From contig QHOM01000031.1 in assembly GCA_003218785.1 (NCBI GenBank), positions 1-34,216 of the forward strand: 34,216 bases of DNA. The letters are read 5' to 3'. The notes beneath the pieces were generated by a model. That model saw nothing but the letters and a program-made list of their open reading frames with translations. It was not told the DNA's origin and did no database searches. A program made the position numbers and the translations under genes. The DNA is from Verrucomicrobiota bacterium. Lineage in GTDB: Bacteria; Verrucomicrobiota; Verrucomicrobiia; Chthoniobacterales; UBA10450. Shown piece after piece: positions 1 through 6,871 of the stretch. The number at the start of each line of letters is the position of its first letter. Position 1 is the stretch's first letter.

Positions 1-1199
1 AAGTCGGCAAACACCACCAGGTATTTGTCGCACAGGTCGCGCACGAACGAACCGTAGAAGCTTTGACGGTCCGCTGGCGGTAGCGCTGGCGTGAAGGCCG
101 CGAAGTTAAAGAAGAAGTAGTCGCCACCCCCCTTATACTGAGTGCCGGTCTGTGGAAAGCCGTTTACGCCCGCGAAAGAATTGGGGCCGATGATACCGGG
201 GGCGCCTGGATATGCATTGGGAGCAATTACATAGGGGTTCTTATAAAATGGTGAAGTTGCCCCGTTCGGAGCTGAATGCGGCAACGGGGTGTTGACGCCG
301 AACTGCGGCAGACTGCCTGCGCCAGGAGGGGTCGCGGCGAAAAAGATGCTCGGGAGTAAGCGGCGGCTTGTAACGCGGCCGGGGAAATTCCCGCTGCGGT
401 TATCGAACCCCCCAAAGGGTATTTGAAAGCCGTTACTGGAGAGGTCCCGGTCGCCGCTGAGGAGGCCGCCGGTACGCTCCCAGAAATCGGCAATGACCAC
501 AATGTCGGTCTTGTCGTCTCCCGTGCCGGCTTTTATCCATGCCTCCCATTCACCCATGTCGTTGGAGGCGCCCAGGTCTGTGTTCCCGTAACTCCCCCCA
601 ATCTCCAGCCCACGGAACTTGTGCACCAAGAAGAAGTTGACCACGCCGGCGATCGCGTCCGTGCCATAAATAGGTGCGGCGCCATCTTTGAGGATGTCGA
701 TGTGATCAACCATCACGAAGGGAATGAGGTTAACGTCGACACCGGCGTTGGTCCCGGCACCGCCCAACGAACCAAAGGCGACACGTTTTCCGTCTAGCAG
801 CACCAGGGTTTCCTTGGGCAACAACCCGCGCAGGTTGAATTGGACAGAACCGTCACCACCATTGCCGATGTTCATGTTGACGGTGCCACCCGCCTCCTGC
901 GGAATGAATTCTTGCAGGTCCGTTGCGTTGCGGATACCCAGCTTCTCGATGTCTTGCGGACGGTAGGTATCCACCGGATTTGGCCCGGTTTCTTCCGCAG
1001 TCGGAATGTTTGAACCGGTCACAATCACTCGCTCGACTTCCGCCTGGCCCCCAGCCGGAGCCGGGGCAGGCGGCGGTGGCGCCGGTAGTTGAGCAAATGT
1101 GTTTGCGGCGAAGATTAAAGGAAATCCGACGCTCGCTGCAAAAGCGATGCGAACGAATCCGAACTTATTTAGCACATTTTTTATCATTAGTTTCTCCAT
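1..1199 (-). CDS. TonB-dependent outer-membrane receptor, N-terminal ~400 aa (3' end lies beyond the left window edge)
   Basis: Absent from the ORF track because it runs off the edge. My minus-strand translation reads MEKLMIKNVLNKFGFVRIAFAASVGFPLIFAANTFAQ (signal peptide), then VERVIVTGSNIPTAEE, NLRGLLPKETLVLLDGKRV and IDILKDGAAPIYGTDAIAGVVNF, which are plug-domain-type motifs. I checked the frame codon by codon and it is stop-free from 1199 down to position 3. The start is ATG at 1199 or the in-frame ATG at 1187. Confidence 0.85.
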   Translation of the reverse strand, partial: MEKLMIKNVLNKFGFVRIAFAASVGFPLIFAANTFAQLPAPPPPAPAPAGGQAEVERVIVTGSNIPTAEETGPNPVDTYRPQDIEKLGIRNATDLQEFIPQEAGGTVNMNIGNGGDGSVQFNLRGLLPKETLVLLDGKRVAFGSLGGAGTNAGVDVNLIPFVMVDHIDILKDGAAPIYGTDAIAGVVNFFLVHKFRGLEIGGSYGNTDLGASNDMGEWEAWIKAGTGDDKTDIVVIADFWERTGGLLSGDRDLSSNGFQIPFGGFDNRSGNFPGRVTSRRLLPSIFFAATPPGAGSLPQFGVNTPLPHSAPNGATSPFYKNPYVIAPNAYPGAPGIIGPNSFAGVNGFPQTGTQYKGGGDYFFFNFAAFTPALPPADRQSFYGSFVRDLCDKYLVVFAD

Positions 1200-1242
1200 T
1201 GGTTTGGTTAGGTTTTGGGCACGAATTATTGAATATTTGAAC

Positions 1243-1484
1243 GCCTGACAAGCTTTTTTTTCACTTTTTTTGAAATATTTTTGAACGGGTGACAGGGCCT
1301 ATTTGTCGCGCCAGATTCCCGTTTAACGGAACATGCCAAAGGCTGGCAAGCTTTTTTTTCACTTTTTTTAAGATATTTTGAACGGGTCACGGCGGCCTAT
1401 TTGGCGCGTCAGATTCCCGTTTAATGGAACATGCCAAAGGCTGACAAGCTTTTTTTTCACTTTTTTTGAAATTTTTTTTGAGCG
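1243..1484. repeat. 98-bp tandem repeat, two full units plus a ~46-bp partial third unit
   Basis: Units begin at 1243, 1341 and 1439 (gcctgacaagc / ggctggcaagc / ggctgacaagc). Each carries T8-CAC-T7. The two full units carry the imperfect palindrome TTCCCGTTTAACGGAA (1316-1331) or TTCCCGTTTAATGGAA (1414-1429). The full units differ only by a few substitutions and compensating 1-nt indels. Confidence 0.9.
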
Positions 1485-1541
1485 TTGGAACCGCGGATTA
1501 CGCGGATATCATCTCCGACCGGCATCAACGCGGCCTAATTT

Positions 1542-2957
1542 ATGCGAGCACAGAGAATGAAGTTGTTAAGATCCAAACGTCCGCTGCGATTGGTCCTCGC
1601 TTTGATCATCGGCGTTGCCGGCGTTTGGCTTTTCGCCCATTTCCACGCCAAACAAATACACACCGGGCATCGACCCGTCGTTTCATTTGCGACAGTCAAG
1701 TCGGTTTTAGAGGCGCTCGCTAACGAACTGCCGCCGGAGTTAAAGGAACCGAACGAGGCCAAGTGGAAGGCTTGGGCTCAGCACGAGGATGACATCGTTC
1801 GTGCGCGTCTCGAGCAAGGCGCGCTCGATTCCATGATCAACCTGCTCTTGTTCGGCACTTCATTCACGACCCAACCGCGGGTCATAACGATGCACGATTC
1901 CGACGATGCGGTCTTGCAATCGCGGCTGGATGATCTTTTGCAAGGCCTTCGCAATCCGGGAAAGAACGAGCGGCTCATCTTTCTGCGAAACGTTCTCCGA
2001 GGCAGCGGAATGGATCCCGACAGCTCCGCCGGATACGAGAAGACAAAAACTTTGGTCCTGGAAAATCTTCGGCGGGTTGTCCAGGAGCAGATCACTTTTC
2101 ACGAACAGTTTGATGAGGCAACCCGCGAGAGCAACCAAGAGGCCGGGCTTTCCAAGCGTTCGCGTGTGTTTCGCGATCGCGGCATCTCGCTTGATACAAC
2201 CATTCTGTCGAGCTTCGGGATCGAGGGCGCGCTGCGCGACATGAAGGACCGGGCAGTGCTTCCAGAGAGATCGATTACTCGCGTGGCGGTGATCGGGCCT
2301 GGTTTGGATTTCACCGACAAAGGATTCGGTTACGACTTTTATCCGCTCCAGACGCTGCAACCGTTCGCGGTTTACGATTCGCTCATTCGATTAGGACTCG
2401 CCGAACCTGGAAAGATCGACATTATCGCCTTCGACATTAGTCGGGAGGTTCTCGAGCATTTGCGCCGCGCGCACGACCGCGCCAAAACGGGAGAGAAGTA
2501 CGTCGTGCAATTGCCGCGCGAGTCCTGGCTATGGGTTGCTGACGCAGTCCAGTACTGGCGTTCGTTCGGCAGCGAGATCGGTAAGCCCGTCGCTCCGATT
2601 CAACCTCCACCAGCTCTCAAGGATCTTGAGACGCGCGCAGTCGGGATTCGTCCAGAAGTCATCCTTTCATGCAAACCTGTCGATTTGAATATTGTTTTCG
2701 AACAGTTCGATCTATCGGCCACCAGACGATTCGATCTGATCATCGCCACAAATGTTTTCCTCTATTACGACACATTGGAGCAGGCGCTAGCGCTTCAGAA
2801 TATCTCGACACTTCTCAAGCCGGCCGGATTTTTGTTGACTAATGATTGGCTGCCGGACCTGCCTCAAATCCCGATGCGCTCAATGGGATACACACCGGTG
2901 CGATATGGAGAGGGCGGCGATTGGGGAGACAACGTTTTTTGGTGGCAGCGGCAATGA
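1542..2957 (+). CDS. membrane-anchored class I SAM-dependent methyltransferase-like protein (CheR-like C-terminal motifs)
   Basis: 471-aa ORF. It has an N-terminal TM helix (LVLALIIGVAGVWLFAHF), a nucleotide-binding-like strand RVAVIGPGLDF, and FDLIIATNVFLYYD plus LLKPAGFLL resembling the CheR/class I MTase motifs. An alternative ATG lies at 1557. Confidence 0.6.
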   Translation: MRAQRMKLLRSKRPLRLVLALIIGVAGVWLFAHFHAKQIHTGHRPVVSFATVKSVLEALANELPPELKEPNEAKWKAWAQHEDDIVRARLEQGALDSMINLLLFGTSFTTQPRVITMHDSDDAVLQSRLDDLLQGLRNPGKNERLIFLRNVLRGSGMDPDSSAGYEKTKTLVLENLRRVVQEQITFHEQFDEATRESNQEAGLSKRSRVFRDRGISLDTTILSSFGIEGALRDMKDRAVLPERSITRVAVIGPGLDFTDKGFGYDFYPLQTLQPFAVYDSLIRLGLAEPGKIDIIAFDISREVLEHLRRAHDRAKTGEKYVVQLPRESWLWVADAVQYWRSFGSEIGKPVAPIQPPPALKDLETRAVGIRPEVILSCKPVDLNIVFEQFDLSATRRFDLIIATNVFLYYDTLEQALALQNISTLLKPAGFLLTNDWLPDLPQIPMRSMGYTPVRYGEGGDWGDNVFWWQRQ

Positions 2958-3066
2958 GCGTTAATGCGAACCTTTGAACGGAAAAATCACTCGCTTGTCG
3001 CACGAATCCTGTCCCGGCGCACACGGCTGGCTGCTTTGCGCGACAATCCCGGCGCCCGGCGTCAGT

Positions 3067-3771
3067 TCAAAAGCGCAGCCCCTTGTCGAAGAAAATTCGT
3101 TCGCGTTCGACCTTCGCGCCCCGGCTTAGGAAAAAATCGTGCAGCTCGGGCGTGTAGTAATCGCCCGCATAGAGGGGATTGAGTCCGAAAAAGATTTTGC
3201 CCCCTGGCGCCAGGTGTCGCTGCAAATCCCGCAGAAGAAAATCCCATTCCGCCGCCCCCCATCGCCGTTGCGACGGATGGTAAAGATTAAAATTGACCGA
3301 GAACGCGGTGATCCAATCGAACTTTTGACCCAGATCGGGCAACGGCTCGAACGCTTCGATCCTCCAAACGACGCGCGGAACACCAAAAAGCTCAAGCAAC
3401 TCGGTAAAAAGCGATACCCGCCCCACGTCGAGGCCAAGGACCGAATGACCAAGCCCTTTTAATATGAACAAGAAAAACCCACCTCCGCAGCCGAGATCAA
3501 GCACGCGCTTCGGCGCCGAACGATGCAGCTTCAAATCTTGCACACGTTCGCGATTCAAGCGCAACCAAGGATCCACATTCGCGTATTTGGCGTATCCAAC
3601 AGGCAAGCTGGCGTAGCGTTGCTGGATTTCGCGCAGACGTTCCGGATCGATGCTTGCCCGCAACGGCCCAAGCGGCAGGCGAAAAATCGAGCGTTGCGCT
3701 CTGCGCCATGCACGCCGGTAAGTCAACGGATAGGCAAGTTTTCGGATTTTACGGTAAAGCTTCATTTCCAA
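3067..3771 (-). CDS. class I SAM-dependent methyltransferase
   Basis: 234-aa ORF with motif I VLDLGCGGGFF, post-I LGLDV and a later LAPGGKIFF strand. It is the last gene of the co-directional minus-strand cluster. Confidence 0.8.
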   Translation of the reverse strand: MEMKLYRKIRKLAYPLTYRRAWRRAQRSIFRLPLGPLRASIDPERLREIQQRYASLPVGYAKYANVDPWLRLNRERVQDLKLHRSAPKRVLDLGCGGGFFLFILKGLGHSVLGLDVGRVSLFTELLELFGVPRVVWRIEAFEPLPDLGQKFDWITAFSVNFNLYHPSQRRWGAAEWDFLLRDLQRHLAPGGKIFFGLNPLYAGDYYTPELHDFFLSRGAKVERERIFFDKGLRF

Positions 3772-3811
3772 AAATAGTCGAATCGCCCGCCAAAACGCCG
3801 GCTGTGCAACG

Positions 3812-4297
3812 CTACAGGGTCTGGTTCAAATGAAAGAAATTATAGCGACTAGAAAATGCCGGCCAGTTAACAAGGGCTTGTGAGACCAATATGAAGAGCA
3901 CAATTCCTGCAAACAAAATTATCCGCGGCCACATCCGAGGAATTCCGGAAAGCACCCAATCCAGTGCCTGAGAGTACAGCAGAAAAAACGGAACCGCCGC
4001 AGCACACAGCAATCTTCCAGAAGTGAAGTACGGATGCTCGTTCGAGGGGTAAACACACGGCCCAAAATCGAACCCGATTGAGAGCACTATGATGAACAGC
4101 ACGAGAAGAGTAACACTTAGTAGCGCAAGCCAAAGATCCTCCCGCTGACGCCAACTGAGTTTTCCTTGGACGGAGAAGAGACTCACTACCGTCAAGCCCA
4201 TCGCGAGCGTGGAAGACACCCAGTAGAATGCGTCGGTCGCTGCCGACGCGAGTCGTTGACCGTGCCATATAAATTCGCCGCGCCAGAAACTGGCCAT
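3812..4297 (-). CDS. C-terminal polytopic-membrane portion of the DUF2142/GT-C-like protein (separate ORF or the frameshifted tail of 4318..5199)
   Basis: The frame is open from 4702. The first ATG downstream of the upstream ORF's stop is at 4297 (MASFWRGEFIWHG...). It has several hydrophobic helices (LAMGLTVVSLF, LALLSVTLLVLFIIVL, AAAVPFFLLYS, IILFAGIVLFILV). Upstream of about 4390 the frame reads as R/C-rich off-frame sequence. Confidence 0.5.
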   Translation of the reverse strand: MASFWRGEFIWHGQRLASAATDAFYWVSSTLAMGLTVVSLFSVQGKLSWRQREDLWLALLSVTLLVLFIIVLSIGFDFGPCVYPSNEHPYFTSGRLLCAAAVPFFLLYSQALDWVLSGIPRMWPRIILFAGIVLFILVSQALVNWPAFSSRYNFFHLNQTL

Positions 4298-4317
4298 CAG
4301 ATCCGGCCAGAACTCGT

Positions 4318-5199
4318 TTAATCCATGCAGGGTGAAAATCGAAGTACCAACCCACTTAGCGAGCCAACGGCGGCCCTGAGCCTTCTCGTCCGGGCGAGAT
4401 GTCCAACCTTGAAGATCAGCGCCAACATCGCGACCCCGAGCAGGGGAAGATTCGCCGTCTTCACGAGGCAAGTGGCCGCGAGCGCAAGCCCGGTCCAAAT
4501 TGCAAGAGGCACACCGGGTAGCTCGGTCTGCAATAATTTCACAAGACCGATAAAAGCAATTCCGAAACAAAGTGGAGACAGCACATCGCTTTGTATTGAA
4601 TAGAAAGCGGTCTGCGGCCAGACAGCCAGCAACAGCGGAACGCTTAGTCGCGAGAATTCCCGATCGGGAAAAACGAGTTGCGCCGCAATGGATCCTGTCC
4701 ACACGAGACCCGCAGCAACGAACAGGTTAAGAAAACGAACCCAATACAATAACCAGCCGCCTTTAATGCCGCAGGCGCGGCCAAGATTCAGCCATGCACC
4801 GGCAATGACGTAATAAAGGGGAGGTTCCCCCGATTCGTGATTCTCGTGGGATTCCCACCAAGTCTTGGTCACCTCCACTAATTTGTAGCGTTTATCGGCG
4901 GGCAATATCCAGTTTGGCTGCGGGAACTCGCCTTTGGCGAACTGCTGCGGAGCTGTGAAGTACTCCGGCGTGCCGTAGAGCGCCAAATAATATGCAGCCT
5001 CGGCAGAAAAATGACCCAAATCGCGCGGGACATCGCCACGCGCATACTTCATCACCAGATCCACATGCGCTTGCTCATCGACATTGTTGAAAAACGGAAA
5101 CGCCGCGGAAAACGCGAGGACGCGGACTGCAGCGATCACGCAGAGGAGCAAAATCAACTTTTGCTCACGGCGCGTTGCAAACCGCACCGAGGCGTTCAT
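4318..5199 (-). CDS. GT-C-fold membrane protein, DUF2142/PMT_2-like (N-terminal part; apparently frameshifted near 4390)
   Basis: 293-aa ORF. An N-terminal TM helix is followed by NNVDEQAHVD, an acidic DE..H first-loop motif typical of GT-C/DUF2142 proteins, then multiple TM helices. Its ATG overlaps the stop of the upstream gene (ATGA at 5196-5199). The last ~25 aa (ARTRRLRAAVGSLSGLVLRFSPCMD) look off-frame. Confidence 0.7.
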   Translation of the reverse strand: MNASVRFATRREQKLILLLCVIAAVRVLAFSAAFPFFNNVDEQAHVDLVMKYARGDVPRDLGHFSAEAAYYLALYGTPEYFTAPQQFAKGEFPQPNWILPADKRYKLVEVTKTWWESHENHESGEPPLYYVIAGAWLNLGRACGIKGGWLLYWVRFLNLFVAAGLVWTGSIAAQLVFPDREFSRLSVPLLLAVWPQTAFYSIQSDVLSPLCFGIAFIGLVKLLQTELPGVPLAIWTGLALAATCLVKTANLPLLGVAMLALIFKVGHLARTRRLRAAVGSLSGLVLRFSPCMD

Positions 5200-6764
5200 C
5201 GAGATTTTGCCTCGATTATTGCGAGCTTCCCATATTCGCTGATCAAGGGCGCGACGCCTGCCGCTTGCAGAAATCGCGCCTCCAACGGCGCGCGAAACGG
5301 CGAATCGCTTTCAATTACAAACGCAGCATGTCCATCGCGGCCCGGTTCCCGCCAGGGGATTGCCCCCGGATAAACCCGATGTTGATAACCAAAAATCGCA
5401 TCGGAGACAGCGAATGTTTCATTGCATTCAAACAGCAATGGATAAACAAAAGAAACGGTGGTCCAGACGCCGCTCACCTGGCGTTGGCGCAAATGTTGTT
5501 CAACGCCTTCGAGATCGGCACCGGGAATCCGTGTCATGCAATAGTTCTCTCCGTGATCGCAGAGCGTTAACGTTTCGATTTGATTGTGGCACGCCGTGTT
5601 GATCATCAGCGCGGTTCCCGTAATCACAGCGGCGGCCAAGATCCCGGCTCCGCCGAAACGAACCAGCGCTTTGGAGCAAACGAAGCAACGCTGCAGCAAC
5701 CTGCCAGTGAGCGCCGCAAAAAAGAAACAACCGGCCAAAAAATATCCAGGCACACGGAAGGGCGCGGTGAGATACGGAATAAGGCACGCCAATGCTAGCA
5801 CGAGCAGGAGCAGATCTCGTTCTTCATTACCGCTCGCGAAACCGCCACGAACCGCTGCCGGAATTTTCGATGGCGATCGAATGAATGGCCAAACTGCAAC
5901 GCCTGCGGCCAGCAAGGCGATCATGTAAAATACAAACCCCGAAGCAGGCTTCTCTCGATAATACCAGAGTACGGTGTCTGCTCCGAAGAACTTCGGCATT
6001 TCAGTCAGGAAAATTTGAGAGAGCGCGTCGGGGTGAAAGAGGAGCGCAAATCCGCCGCCACCGGTTTTCTCGAGCACGGCGTTCCAGTTGGCGAAATGAT
6101 TGGTGAGGTTGAACGCAATGGCCGGCGCGTACCCGATAATGAATCCGGCGAGCGCGACCAGCGCGTTGTTAAACGATAAGTTCCGACGCATCAGGAAGAG
6201 GACCCATAGTGCGACGTTGAATGCGATTCCCAGCTCCAAGCTCCAGATGCTTAAGCCCGAAACAATGCCGAACAAGAGAAATAACGGCCGCCTTGGATTC
6301 GGGGCCGATTGGATCGACAAGAACAGAATCGTCAGCAGCGGAATGGAAAGGAAATACCAGGAATAACCTCTCACTTGGAAGTGCCACTTGAGAAGCGACG
6401 GAGCGAGCGCAAACGCGACCATGCCAAACAGGGCCGTGCGCTGGTCATAAAGCACGCGACACATCCAATAAAATAGAAACAGGCAGACCAGCGACAGCAC
6501 GACGATGCAACTCTTCAACGAAATGACGCTGACGCCGAAAAATGCGAACGCAATCGCGGCCAGGTAAGCTTCCCACGCCGCGCCTGCGTTGTAGGGCTGA
6601 CCATACATGTAGAAGGGAAAATAGCGCCCTTCCAAAATGTGTTTGCCCATCAGACCGATGATCGCTTCGTCGCTATGAACATGAGTTTGCGACGCCAGCA
6701 GAATCGTAAAGCGCGCTGCCGCGACAATAATGAGCATCCCAATAAACAAAGCGTGCCGGCGCAT
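5196..6764 (-). CDS. glycosyltransferase family 39 / ArnT-PMT-like (GT-C) polytopic membrane glycosyltransferase
   Basis: 522-aa ORF. After TM1 comes HVHSDEAIIGLMGKHILEGRYFPFYMYGQPYNAG, the DE-containing first periplasmic loop pattern of ArnT/PMT_2 proteins. About 10 or more TM helices follow, then a soluble C-terminal domain. Confidence 0.8.
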   Translation of the reverse strand: MRRHALFIGMLIIVAAARFTILLASQTHVHSDEAIIGLMGKHILEGRYFPFYMYGQPYNAGAAWEAYLAAIAFAFFGVSVISLKSCIVVLSLVCLFLFYWMCRVLYDQRTALFGMVAFALAPSLLKWHFQVRGYSWYFLSIPLLTILFLSIQSAPNPRRPLFLLFGIVSGLSIWSLELGIAFNVALWVLFLMRRNLSFNNALVALAGFIIGYAPAIAFNLTNHFANWNAVLEKTGGGGFALLFHPDALSQIFLTEMPKFFGADTVLWYYREKPASGFVFYMIALLAAGVAVWPFIRSPSKIPAAVRGGFASGNEERDLLLLVLALACLIPYLTAPFRVPGYFLAGCFFFAALTGRLLQRCFVCSKALVRFGGAGILAAAVITGTALMINTACHNQIETLTLCDHGENYCMTRIPGADLEGVEQHLRQRQVSGVWTTVSFVYPLLFECNETFAVSDAIFGYQHRVYPGAIPWREPGRDGHAAFVIESDSPFRAPLEARFLQAAGVAPLISEYGKLAIIEAKSR

Positions 6765-6841
6765 CAGAGATTGGTTGTCACTTCACCGGCGCGATCATGG
6801 CACAGGCCGGGAGGATCGACAATCGACGCGATCCCATTTAC

Positions 6842-6866
6842 ACGCTGAAGCTCGCGGATTCAGCGT
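6842..6866 (-). promoter_or_regulatory. intercistronic stem-loop immediately after the stop of the 977-aa gene
   Basis: Perfect 8-bp inverted repeat ACGCTGAA (6842-6849) / TTCAGCGT (6859-6866) with a 9-nt loop. It sits 5 nt downstream of the TAA at 6872-6874 on the coding strand. No U-run follows, so it is not a canonical terminator. Confidence 0.4.
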
Positions 6867-6871
6867 CAAAC

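Noticed and set aside
1243-1484. Possible CRISPR array, given direct repeats at regular spacing
   Set aside because: The units are contiguous 98-bp copies with no unique spacers between them. They are AT-rich with long T-tracts, and no cas genes are present. This is a tandem repeat, not a CRISPR array.
1200-1541. Cobalamin riboswitch or ECF-sigma (FecI-type) promoter upstream of the TonB-dependent receptor
   Set aside because: I could not find a B12-box-like sequence. GGAAC occurs in each repeat, but no CGT-type -10 lies at the right spacing. I cannot run a covariance model, so this is a weak negative.
4298-4702. Upstream 135 codons of ORF 3812..4702 as a real gene overlapping 4318..5199
   Set aside because: This part reads as R/C/A-rich nonsense (MDRIHCGATRFSRSG...). 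The other frame encodes membrane helices here. I treat it as an open alternative frame upstream of a frameshift.
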